Assembly (NCBI RefSeq): GCF_011745625.1
Contig: NW_027191456.1
Span: 744,001-808,000, forward strand
From: Cladosporium halotolerans
Taxonomy: Eukaryota
Length of the DNA stretch: 64,000 nt
Reading direction: 5' to 3'
The notes under the pieces are model-generated. The model made no database searches. It worked only from the letters and a program-made list of their open reading frames with translations, and had not been told where the DNA came from. This document shows positions 23,755-35,500 of the stretch, piece by piece. The stretch's first letter is position 1, and every line of letters begins with the position of its first letter. Made by a program: the position numbers and the translations under genes.

Positions 23755-23990
23755 TGTATATCAAGACACTGAATCATTGAGTGAACATTCAATCTTACCA
23801 TCAGACGTGCTCATGTACTTATGCACCCGCGTGTGCATCAACACACTGAATTTATTGAATAACACCAGCGATAAGATGTGCTTATATACTCTTGCGCCCA
23901 TACGCTCATGTTTGCATCAAGACAGTGAATCAAGTGAATGGCTTCCAGCCTTAAAACTGTGCTCATGTTCATTTCCATACACTGAACCCA
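23755..23990. repeat. Degenerate AT-rich tandem repeat, about three copies with a 77-79 bp period
   Basis: TCAA(G/C)ACA(C/G)TGAAT starts at 23761, 23838 and 23917, each followed ~40 nt later by GTGCT(C/T)AT. Confidence 0.6.
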
Positions 23991-24955
23991 CTATAATAAA
24001 CCCCAGCCATGAGACGCGTGCGCAGCGACTAGCCAGTACTGAATCCCAGGGATGCAAGACAACAACGGTATAACTCTACCTAAGTAATATCATTCACACT
24101 TGTCACAAGACTCGAGCAACTCGATTATCAATAGCCTACCCCGAGACTCCTAACCCGCAGCGACGACACCTGTCACTTACATGCGCCCCAATAGGCAGGT
24201 ACCCTGGCTCCTTTCACATGCAAAGCCAACCACGGCACGTGAGGCGCAAACTCGCCTGCGACATCCCCGAACAGCAGGCTGATTGGACAGCGGGCAGCAA
24301 ATAGCGTTTGCAAGCGCCATCAAGAACCGGCAGCAGGAGGGACAGGTGGCGGCTTTCCCAACGCGCGCCCGCGGATCCGCGACACGTCTGAAATTTCTGG
24401 GCGCCGCCCTCCTGGCAGCCCAGCCAACCCCAGCGACCACACCGGCCTTCTTCGATATCCCGCCAGCGGACGGAACATGCGTTCGCATGGCGCCGTTGTG
24501 CGTGGCGCGCGTCGGCCGTGGATGCGACCAGGTGCGTGGTGTCCGACTGCTTGCTTGCTTGCTTGCGGGCCTGCGTGCAGGCTGCCTCAGGCGGGCTTCC
24601 AGGCTCTTCCATCGTCGCTGCTGCTGCCCACGGCCCCTGGCCGCGACGGAGATGTGACTCACTGCGCCCGCCTCGCCTTCCTCGCACCTCCCTGCCGCCG
24701 TCGCCGCCTCCTTCCACTACTGTCTCTCTCCCTCTCTCTCCCGCCGCACACTGCTGCCCTCGCGGTGTGTCGCCGGTTTGCCTCCGCTGCGACGGCGCAG
24801 AGCCCCGGCACTCATGGCCGCTGCTGACCCGCCGCCCGCGACCGACGCCGTGCTGGCTGGCTGCCCGGCTGGCTGGCGTGGTGATTAGATGACGCATAGG
24901 GGCGCGCGTTGTGGAGAAATTTCACGCCCGGCGGGCCGTGCACGGCTGCGCGCGG

Positions 24956-25008
24956 CCAATCAGCGCGCCGCAGCCCCAGCGACGGCTCGCCCGCGCGCCG
25001 CCTATAAG
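24956..25008 (+). promoter_or_regulatory. CCAAT box and TATA-like element of the TBP gene
   Basis: GGCCAATCAG at ~24954 and TATAAG at 25003, followed by a pyrimidine-rich leader and a probable 5'UTR intron at 25441-25648. Confidence 0.5.
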
Positions 25009-25718
25009 TACGGCCGCTGTCCCCCGACTTTTCGCGCTGCCAGCCCTCCCCGACCGCCTGCCCTCGTCCCGCGACGCTCCTCACCCATCCACTCCGTAGC
25101 TTCGAAATCAAGACTTTTCCTAACCACGGAGCCCCATTTCTTTCGATTGTGCCCTCTCGCGGTGCATTTCACTCTCTAGAAGGGGACCAAAGCGCGCATT
25201 TGGATTGGAACAGCGCCCGCGACCGAGCAGTCGAGCCAGCAGTCACGTGCGCCCGCTGAGAGCCTCCGCGCCTGCGACCGCGCTCTCCACCCAGCCTTGC
25301 GCGCATCGCGACCAGCCCCGGCCGACTCACTCCAACCCTTTAATACTGAAGGCATTGCCGGCAGCGCCTTCACCCGCCACCCATCACCGCGCCGACCTCG
25401 TCGTCGCCTCCGTCGCGCCCACCACCAGTACCACTCTGCAGTGAGTGAGGGAGACATTCGCTTGTTCATCTCCCACTTCTGGTACGACCCAGCTTCACAT
25501 CACACACACACAACACACCTAGCGTCATCGCTATCGTCACGCGCACGAGCTCCGCCTCGCGACACTCGCCGGCGCATCTGTCATATCGCACCTCGTGCTC
25601 TGACTCTCCAGTCTCTCGTCAGACTGACCCGCGCGCGACCTTCACCAGTCGTCGCATCCTTCATTCGATCGTCCTTTGAGCCTCATCACTCAAAGGCAAT
25701 CACATCACCGTCGTCATC

Positions 25719-26640
25719 ATGGATCCCTACATGACCCACCCGGCCACCGCGCAGCAGGCGAAGGACTTCACGGCCGCCGGCACGCTCTCCGGCTACTCGG
25801 GCGGCGCAGCGGGCCACCTTACTCCGCCTTCATCTGAGAAAGATGGACAAGCACAGCAGGCGAACAAGAACGGCGTTCCGAACGGTCAGTCGCAGGGAGG
25901 TAATGCCGCGCAGCAAGGCAACGGGGTGACTCCCGCTACTCCCGCCACTCCGGCTGCGACGCCTGGCGCAGGCCAGGGTGTCAGTGGAATCGTCCCGACG
26001 CTACAGTGAGTATTGCCTTTGTCATGTGTGTACGCTTGAGGACTCGAGTGTTGACAGTTTCACAAAGAAACATCGTCGCTACGGTCAACCTTGACTGCCG
26101 TCTTGACCTGAAGACCATCGCTCTGCACGCCCGTAACGCTGAATACAATCCAAAGGTATGGGCGCAGCAGCCTTGACGGCATGCGACCCTGAGCTAATAT
26201 CTTCCCAGCGTTTTGCCGCCGTGATCATGCGTATCCGTGAGCCCAAGACCACCGCACTCATCTTCGCCTCAGGCAAGATGGTCGTGACTGGCGCCAAATC
26301 TGAGGACGACAGCAAGCTTGCGTCTCGCAAGTACGCCCGTATCATCCAGAAGCTCGGATTCAACGCGAAGTTCACGGACTTCAAGATCCAGAACATAGTG
26401 GGTTCTTGCGACATCAAGTTCCCCATTCGCCTTGAGGGCCTGGCCAGCCGTCACCACATGTTCAGCTCTTACGAGCCCGAACTCTTCCCGGGTCTCATCT
26501 ACCGCATGATGAAGCCCAAGATCGTCCTGCTCATCTTCGTGTCCGGCAAGATCGTCTTGACCGGCGCCAAGGTGCGCGAGGAGATCTACCAGGCCTTCGA
26601 GCTCATCTACCCCGTGCTCTCCGACTTCCGCAAGACTTGA
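25719..26640 (+). CDS. SPT15: TATA-box binding protein
   Basis: [48 protein letters not shown] and [13 protein letters not shown] after removal of two introns. Confidence 0.98.
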
Positions 26641-28665
26641 AACAAGCCTTGACGTGCTCGTCGTGACCCACAACCAACAGGCATCCTGTACCATCATCAT
26701 CGAACACGACTTGTACCACCAAAAGAATACCCACCAGAGGTTTTGATGCCGGCCTCTCTGACCAAACGGCGATGCCTGTCTTGTCAACTCTTTCCTGCCT
26801 GCTGCGCTGTTCACGACATCACCCAGCCAGCATCCGCAACACGAGAGAAGCAACAGCTCGACCCGGTCGAAGCTTTTTCCACAACAAAAGAGATTCTTGA
26901 TTTTTCCTGCTTTCTTGCATGGCGAGGTGTTCCCGGCGTTGAACTATCACCCCTTTCTTCTGCTTTCCTCTTCCGGGGCCTCAATGAAGCGAATGAGGCT
27001 TTTCCAATGGGCGGGTTTTTCAGACTTCCGGAAAAGAACGTTTTTTTTCCCTTCACCTTTTTCGTCGTTTCTCAAACACAACAAACATCAACTAGAATCA
27101 ATCGTGTCGCTCGCCCAATTGCCCTCTTGAAGGGTATGCAAACGGGCAAGCACACAATTCACTCGCAAGCAGCGGGACGCGATCGCCCCCGCTCGCTCGC
27201 TCAACTTCAAAACTCCAAAAACCAAACATACAAAAAACTCTCACAAAACTGCTTGCTTGCTCGGTCAGAGAAAGGAAAGGAGGGAAGCGGAGTAGTCGTT
27301 CGTGGGCGCTTTAGGGGGACTGGGGCTGGGTTTCGGAGGGATCGGGTGGGTTTCTGTCGGGTTTGGTTTCCGTCTTTTCTCTTTTCACCACTCGCGCGCA
27401 GTTGCAGTTGCAGGTGCGGTCGGTGTTTGTGCCTTCGTATACCCCCCTGGTAGGGCTGCTGTTTTTCTGAGAAGGGGTTGGGGATGTGGGCTACCTGGGA
27501 GGATGGAGTGGAAGGGTGCGCGGTTCAGGGGGGGTCGTGGGGTGAGAGAGTATGGTGTGGTATGGTAGGGTATGGTATAGATTGAGGGAATGGAGACTTT
27601 CTTTCTTGCCAGGACGGTTCTCGGATTTCATTCCATCACTGCCCAACCCCCTGTCGTGAAGCCTACTTGCTGTTGCCCGTTTCACCACATCCGGTCATCC
27701 AGAGGTCATCCTCATCAGTTCTGCGAAGACGAATCTCAGATGAAGAGGTCTTGTTGATTCCAGACACAGGCGCTGTTGTGCTGGGCGTTAAGGTAGCTGC
27801 CGGCGTGTGTTCTGGCCATTAGCATCGGGCCGAGTTGAGCATTGGCAGTCGGGTCGCGCAATGCCGTTGTCTTGTTGAGTGTATACGGTATGCGTCTGTC
27901 TCCCCGCCACTTGCACAATGTGTTCCTTCGCTTCGGACGTCAGCTGCACAACAGTCGATGAACGTCTCTCCGTAGTCTCACCACCGCCACGATCACCGAT
28001 TCTGATCACCCTCCTGCCGAGAACAAATCTCACCGCGGCGCTTTTTCACCTCTGGCATGCATTGCTCATCACGATACTCGCAGCCCGCACTGCACAAACA
28101 GGGCAACCAGCTCAGGCTCACGCCGCCCGCCGAACGAATCGCAGCGCCGCCTTCAGTCAGACGCCACTCGAATGGCTTCGCGTGGCTTGCACTGGGGGCC
28201 TGAGAAAACACTCTGCAGGGTCTTTGCCGTTACGCGACGGATGTTTCTACAGTAGGTACTCCATCGAAACATCACGCCACGGCCTGAATCGTGATCGCCA
28301 GGGCTCAGCGCCGGCCCGGCTTACAGCACGGTGGCTTGTCTTCACTGCCGTGCTCGCCTGACGCTTGCATTGCAGGACTGCGCGGGCGGGCGGGTCGAGT
28401 GTAGACGGCGATGTAGCTGCAGCTCGGCCGGCGACCGATACGGCGCGCAGGACGAGATCTATCGAGCGTGCGAGGGGGAGAGGGGAGGGCGAGGCACTCG
28501 CGCGCCGGTCTCCTGATGACATGTTTGTGAGAGGGGAAGCGATACCAATCCATACATATATCATAGCAAGCCGCGCGAGCCCGTAAACCGCTCGCTGCAT
28601 CTTCATTTTTCTTCGAGGAACTCGTCTATCACGCCCACCCTTTCAGAGCTATACCCAGCCAAGCC

Positions 28666-29297
28666 ATGTCCTACCCAACGACCCAAGCCTTCATCCACGC
28701 CGGCTCCTGGGGCCCCGCCACGCGCCAGCACCCGCTCATGGCGTGGATGGAGCAGTACACGCGCGAGTTCGACCGCAGCCGGGGGTTCGCGGACGCGAGC
28801 GCGAAGCCCGAGGCGTGGATGACGGAGGACTTCACGTGAGCCTTCGCGTTGCAGAAAGAATGAAATCGGCCGCAGTGTTTTTGGCCACTGACTTCCTTCC
28901 TCCCCCCAACAGTGTTCAAATGAGCGACGGCAAGCGCTTCGGCGGGCTGCGCGCGGCGGTCGCGGCACTCGTGGAGAAGTACGCGCCTTTCACGGGCGGC
29001 CACAAGCACGATCCGACGGAGCTGGTGGTGTGGCGCGATGGGGAGGATTGGGTGATGTTCGGGCACGCGAGAAGCTATCTTGGTTTCGAGGGCGTGGAGA
29101 GGGAGGTGAGGGATCCGGAGGGGGAGATGTGGAATGTTTTCCTCGAGGCTACGTATCGGTTCGTTTATGTGGAGGACGCGGCCGCCGAGAAGGGGTTTAA
29201 GCTGAAGGAGACGAGGATTTTTGCCGATCCGATGCCCGCGGTGGCGTTGATGTTGCAGAAAGGGTTGGCTACGCCGCAGCAGTTGGGGCTGGCTTGA
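28666..29297 (+). CDS. Fungal hypothetical protein of ~185 aa, possibly SnoaL/NTF2-like
   Basis: ATG 28666 (MSYPTTQAFIHAGSW..HPLMAWMEQYT), and a GTGAGC..CTGAC..CAG intron joins to ORF 28743-29297. Strong coding-like codon bias. The fold is a guess from the helix-then-strand pattern and the end FKLKETRIFADPMP. Confidence 0.7.
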
Positions 29298-29418
29298 TGG
29301 GTTGGTGATGGGTGTTGGTGGTGGTGTTATTGTTGTTGTTGTTTGTTGATTTGAGCTGTTGTTGCTGATGAGACTGAGTGTACTGTTTTTGTAGCGCTCG
29401 AATTGTAGGTCAATCTGT

Positions 29419-30612
29419 TCATTCCACGTACAGTCTCCACAGCATGCGGTCGATGTCGATGTCCTCCATAGACACGCGATGTTCGCCACGTATATCGAAC
29501 CATTGGTCCAAGTCGTCGTCGCCTGCCCATTCGGCAGTGAGCCCTCGATTCGTACGCATTACAGCTTCTGCCAGAGACATACTGCCTGGCTGCGGCCTTT
29601 CAAGAGCAGCGTGTTCTGCCCATATTCTTTCTAATAGGTCATCATCGTCGCTCAATGTCGAGCGCGCCAGCTCTTCTCTCAGCATATCCATTCCCGTCCG
29701 TGTTTCATTGGTTCGTGCATCCGCAACGCTGGCTTCGTCTTCTTCGAACAAGCCTCTCACGTTCTCCAGTGGATCGGCGTAGCTGTCGTTATCGGAGTCG
29801 TCATCGGAGTCCGAGTCGTCTCCTCCATAATGGTCATCGTACTCTGCATAGGGATCTCCAGGCTGGTTGTACCTCGGACAGCCTCCTTTCTCCCAATGGT
29901 CGCTGTCACCGTCCGCGGTTTTCCCGCAAATAAAGCAGAAACCGGTGCCGCACTAGAGTATATTAGTATGACTGTTTTTCGAGACCAAAGAAGTTCGGTC
30001 AAGACGTACTTGGCAAGTCATGTGATTGCAAGCTTCTGCGAGCTCAATGCGGCGGCCACACTGTCGATTGGGACACTCTTGCCAATCGCGACCTCTCTTA
30101 AGCCCGGCGAACGCTTGAGCACGCTTCTCATTCGTTCGAGATTTTCCTGAACACACATGCTGCAGCATGGTTGCAGCATTGCTAGAGAATTCGTCACAGA
30201 CCATGCAAGTCGCATTGGTGCACTTCTCGCACCTCGCAAGAATCAAAGCGTTCGGTCCAGTAAGCCTCTGTCGTGGACCAAGGTAAGTGCCGCAGGGCTC
30301 AGTAATCTTTCTACCTCCCGAGTCATCATGCGAAATCATATGCTGGCAGTACACGCGCCTACTCGGCGGCATCTTGTACTCGAGCTCCTTGCGCTTGTAG
30401 TTCTCGATGTACTCCTTCGAGAAGATGTGGCTGAACTCGCTCGGGTGCATTGAGCCGGCCCAGGTGGGCGGGTACTCGTGCTCGAACTCGAGCGCTTTGT
30501 CGAACATCTTGCGCACGCACGCGACGCATACGAGGCTTTCGTCGATGTTGATGCTGGTGTAGTCGTTCCAGCTCTCGCAGCAGCAGTCGCAGCTCCAGGA
30601 AGGCGGTCCCAT
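29419..30612 (-). CDS. RBR/IBR-domain E3 ubiquitin ligase-like protein with an acidic C-terminus
   Basis: IBR RVYCQH..CGTYL..CEKC...TCMVC. RING2 WQECPNRQCGRRIELAEACNHMTC, then an intron (GTACGT..CTAAT..TAG), then CGTGFCFICG..HW...CPRY, joining ORF 29419-29760. Confidence 0.85.
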
Positions 30613-31149
30613 TTTGGAGGGTTTTTGGTCAGATGTGTGTTCGGATAAGGCTCACGTCCGTACTTCGGTATTCGAGGGTGTGTCACCAGTGATTAGCGAG
30701 CGCGGGTGCGACGATGTTGAACCGCTGCCAGCCTGCGCGCGAAATAGTGTTGGAATGCTAATGAGCTGTGTTCTGAACTGACTGATATTGTAAGTGAAGC
30801 ACAGAGCCACCTTCTTGCAAGAAACACAAGGCAGATTCACGAGCTGAGGTAGTCAGTGCATCTTGCCTGAGGTAGAAAAAAAGTGGGGCGTTTGTGACGA
30901 CGTCGAGCTCAAGGCAGCAGCACCGCATGTGACAAAACGAATCACCGCCGCCACGTGTGCCTGCATGTATCCGGCTCAGCCTCAGAATTTAAACTCATCG
31001 CACATCTCATTGGACGAAGTAAAATACTGCGAAGGCCGATTCAGTGTATACGGACAAGCTGTCGCTTTATCCAGTCATAGTCAAATGTTAAGCCGCATTC
31101 CAAACTCCATCGCGACGTACCAATGTTCCATGCTATCTTGAGACTTGAC

Positions 31150-32136
31150 TCATGAGAAATCCTCGCCCTTCTCCTCTATGCCTTCCTTGACCCTCAGGAG
31201 AAGAGTAGTCTTCCACTTGTCCAGCTTGGTCAACTGGTCAAACTGAAACAGTTTGTCGGCGAACTTCTCCTGGTCGCCCTCCTCCGCTGCTTCTGACAGA
31301 TCTACAAGCAGCTGGTGTTCCCTCGTCTGTGTGAAGCTCGGGTCAAGCTCGCGGTACGACTCTAATGCGCGGTTTGTCGCGACCATGTCTCCAGAAGCCA
31401 AGTGGCAGATGCCGGCCTTGAGCAAGTACTCTTTGACAGACCACTTCATCAGATTGCTGTTGATACTCGATTGTGAGATGCGCTCGTAGTTGGAGATCGC
31501 TTTTGTGTAGTCGCCCTCTAGCGCGCACAGGTCGGCGAGCTTCAGGTAGAGCTTGTTTGCCAGTCTGCGTTTAAGTCAGCTTGAAAGTACGCCGAACGAA
31601 ATTCGATCCAACCTACGCTTCGGCGTTGTCATTTTCATACCACCCAGCAGCGGTCTCGTATGCTTCCATCGCTCTCTTCTGGTCGCCAATCTCCAGCTCA
31701 TACAGCTCAGCAAGGTTCTGCTTGTGGCCAGCTGCTCTTCTGAAGTTGCCCCTCAGGGTATAGTGACCGATCGCTTTCTCCAGACATCTCGCTGCGTCCT
31801 CAGGCTCGTCTTTACGGTACGACTTGAACGCATCTGTGAGTGTGTTTGCGGCGTCGTCCGGCTCGTTCAGCTTGTCCATCTGTATCGAGGCTGCCTTCTC
31901 AAAGCACTGGCCGGCTTCCTTGTTTGCTTTCTGCATGCGAAAGGCGTTCGCAGCCTGGGTGTAGAGCTCGCACGCATTTTCGAACTTCTCTGAGCGTCCA
32001 CCGAAGAATGAGAAGCCACCGCTGGCGCCAGAGAGGGCCTTGTCGGCCTGAAATATTTATCAGTGGGTTGTTCCTTGTGCGGGGGAAAGAGCTTGTGTCT
32101 TGCCTTTTGGAGCAGCGCTCTCGGATCTTGTGCCAT
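31150..32136 (-). CDS. SEC17: Alpha-SNAP, vesicle fusion protein
   Basis: MAQDPRALLQKADKAL..GFSFFGG..AANAFRMQK, GNFRRAA, KWSVKEYLLKAGIC and LDKWKTTLLL. Two introns, the first GC-AG. Confidence 0.96.
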
Positions 32137-32342
32137 GTTAGCTAGTGATGCTTTCGCTTCTGTGAGGTCGAAGTGCCGGAGAGCTGTGCGAAAACAAGTC
32201 TTCAATCTTTTCAGACCTCGACGGGCGTTTGTTTGATATGCGATGGCGGCCACGCAGTCAGGCTGGCTGACGTAGCGCTAACAGATCGCGCTAAGCCCCG
32301 CGCTCGTCAGACCTGCCGGATTCACGGCACTTTCGAAAGTCG

Positions 32343-32357
32343 ACGCGCCAAACGCGT
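32343..32357. promoter_or_regulatory. MCB-like cell-cycle elements (ACGCGC and ACGCGT) upstream of MMS22
   Basis: A perfect ACGCGT at 32352-32357 and a near match at 32343, about 235 bp upstream of a replication-repair gene. Confidence 0.45.
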
Positions 32358-32590
32358 CTCCAAAGTCGTGAACGTCGAGAAGTTGCTTGAAGTGTAAGCA
32401 CTCGGCGTGGAGCGCACGATTTTCAAAGCCCACGCTTTCGATATAACGATTTCACGACTTTCTGGTTCTGTAATGCGTGCAAAGAACAACACACATCGAC
32501 ATTTCTGCCTAATCGAACCGCTGAATATCTGAATCCTACCGACCTCCGAACTCCACACTCATGCCTTGGACGTGATGAAGAGCGGCGCAA

Positions 32591-35500
32591 ATGAAACGCT
32601 GGCAGACTCGAGGAGAGGTGCAGGACTCGGACGAAGAAGAGCTCAGTCTCGACGTCGATTCTCAAAGTTCAGGCCATGCTCAGAAGCGAATCAAGATCGA
32701 CCAGCAGCAGAAGAATGACACACAAGATGAAGATCATGCACGGTCGCCGGGCAGTGCAGGTCAATTGCCAGAGTCTGTCGAGCCAGTGAGCCTCCCCAGG
32801 CTCTCACTCGGTGAGGTTGAAGGCCATGGATCGGTCCAGCGCAATGTCTCTGGGCCTCCACAGGAGAAGGACGATGAGCCCGGATGGACAACACAATCGC
32901 ACGAAAGCGTCTATGGACGGGTGACGAGATCTGTCCAGCAAGGGAACCATGAGGCAAAAGGCCTGGTTCCAGTCATTCCGAGGACAGAGCAACATGCAGT
33001 GGGACTCGAAGATGTGCCAACGGCGTACGACGATATTTCATCGAGCGCACCGATGGCCCGGGAAGAGACTGTGTCTCTTGAGCAAGCCCCAGCATCGAAA
33101 GATGCCGCGGCCGGTGAGATACCGACGGTGGATCAAATATCAGCTCAAGAACCCGCAAGCGTAGCGTCGTCTCCATTGAGTGAGCTTAGCGATCCACCCG
33201 ACTCGCCGCCCACGTTCTTGGACCTTGCCGCCGACAGCGCTAACAGGCTCCTACCGATTATGAATAATCAGTCTTCGCATGGAGATCATTCTGGTGACGT
33301 GTTCGAGCTTCCTTCCTTGTTACTCACGCAAGGTGCTCGTCGTTCCCTACGAGCAAGGCAGGAGAAGCAGCTTCATCCTTACATGTATGACAAAGCACAG
33401 TATCAAAGGCAATGCCGCGAGCGCGGTTTGAGACCTGTGCGGCTGATGGAACAGATGGCGAATGAGACACAGGATGCATCACTCAATGACGAAAGCATGC
33501 AGCCTTCGAGTTCAGCCACACGGCCCAGCAGCTCTTCGTCACACATCGGCAGCCTCGTTTCTTCGGGACTTCCACCGGATGATTCCTTCGATATCAATTT
33601 AGGATATGCACCACCACACAATGCCGAGGAGGAGCTTCCAGACATCGATAGGCTGCTGAAGAGTCGAGCGACCGCCGGCCGACTCAGAAGTCGGAAGCGA
33701 CAAAAGGTCTCGCACGGTACCAAGACCAGAAGAGATGCAGCCATTCAACTCATCCACCAAGACGACTTCTCAGTTCCCCCTTCTCCGCCGCTCAGCTCGC
33801 ACGGCTCAATGCCAGAGACGCAGCATGCGCCGCAAGGATTCCGACTTCCTCGTCGATTCTCGCCTTTGCCCCTGCCTACACCGCAGATTTCCTCCGACTT
33901 GAGGCCATCTCATGGTGGAGATACCGCGGCCCTGTCTGAAGATGACACACCACCACGAACGTCACGCAGATTACGGAGGGTCCGTTCTGCCGTCACGATT
34001 GGCACAGACACATCAGCGGAATCCGAGTCTCAATCAGAAGATGACCAAAGACTTCTGCATCGAGAGCAACGACGGATCAAAGGCGTACTCCCTGCTTCGT
34101 GGCTCAACATTGACCGAAAGTCAAGCCCTCTGCCGCCGGCTCAAACTCACGACCGCGTCGGAAACAAACCAGGGCCTCAGGCCACACCGCAGAAAGGTGT
34201 GGCTCGGATGATACACAGAACCACTCAAAACGGCACCCGTCCAAACGTTCTTGAGATTTCGGATGGCGGCGAAGGATCCGAATCCGACAACCCAACCCCT
34301 ACCGTACCCCAGCAAATGCCGTCTCATACAGTGTCCAACGTAGCTCGTGAAGCCTCTGTGGACAGTGATGAAATGGAAGTCGATTGGTTTGACCCGATGT
34401 TGGCTGGGCAGCCGCGAGACCGAAATGCATCAAGGAACAAAGGGAAGCGGCACCCGCGTATCACCGAAGCATTGAAGCACAATTTGGTGCCAGATTTCTC
34501 TGAAGAGCGCAATGGCCTCAAACAAATGCATCGGTCAAAACGCTCTGGTACCAAACGGAGACCAAATGCGAACCCTTCCAGCAAGCAACGCAGAAGAGTG
34601 CCTCAGCTTGGAATACTGGATGCGCCAAAATCTCCTTCTGCAGTTGGTGGTAAAGAGCCTCAGTTCGTTCGTCTTGCTGCACGACAAGCACGGCGTGGAC
34701 CGAACGGAGGAAGACACTCACCTTCGCACAAGATCGTTCGTCTTGCAACCCACGACGATACTGAAGAAGCGAATGCTACCCTGGAAAGCTGGAGAAGAGG
34801 ACGAATTGAACAGCGAAGATTCGCAGACACAAGCCGTGACCAACAACACTCTGATCATGGAGAGGCTCGGGGTCGTTCCTTACCTACGACACCATTTACG
34901 GATCTGGCGAATCGCTCGAACGATAGGTCGACAGCTTTGCTCTCAAAAGATGCTGTACTCAATTCGGCCGTTGCAGAGTCTCCTTCCACTTACGCTACGT
35001 CAAAGCCTCAAGGCGCGTTGGACCCAGCTCAGACTCCAGCCAAGCGGCAAAATCCGTCGAAACGGCGTTCCTTAGCAATACGCAGTAGCCACACTTTGCA
35101 ACGAAACTTGGGTTCCGGAAAGACCCAGCCAGGAGTTCAATATCGCGGAGCCCAGCTTGAGGCACAAGAAAGCGCATACCTGCAAGAAAACCGCTCGGTT
35201 GCTTTTCAACGCCGCATTCAGATCCTAACAGAGACTGTGGCACGACGGCCTGCAACCCCGGCACCAGGCGAACTACCGATTGAAAGATTTCTGCACGAGC
35301 CTTCCACAGCACCCACTGTCCGCGACGAATCAGGCGCCAGCGACTTACAACCGAGCGTACCAGCTGTTAGCAAGGCACGTGTCACCCGCAGGCCCCGGAA
35401 GCGCATCCCTCAACGCATTGAAGTCGACACCCGCGAATATCGTCAACCAAGCGAACCGTTACCGATCTCTTACCCTGAGCAGAACCCTGAGGATACTCGG

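Noticed and set aside
26743..27453. 236-aa ORF downstream of TBP
   Set aside because: No codon bias or motif; it runs through T-tracts and A/C-rich low-complexity sequence typical of a 3'UTR.
27548..27580. GTATG/GGTAT pentamer run, and GGT/GTT runs at 29300-29365, resembling telomere-like or CRISPR repeats
   Set aside because: Short, imperfect simple repeats that belong to the G/T-rich arms of the skew domains. There are no spacers and no TTAGGG array.
27675..27735. Hammerhead-ribozyme-like core on the minus strand (GTC..CTGATGA..GAAAC)
   Set aside because: Stem I would be only 3 bp and the sequence between CTGATGA and GAAA cannot form stem II. Likely chance; an Rfam scan would settle it.
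23700..28600. Telomerase RNA or other large ncRNA in the spacers around TBP
   Set aside because: The best template-like match is only 8 nt (CCTAACCC at 24149-24156). No convincing pseudoknot or CR4/5, U3, RNase P/MRP or snRNA motifs were found.
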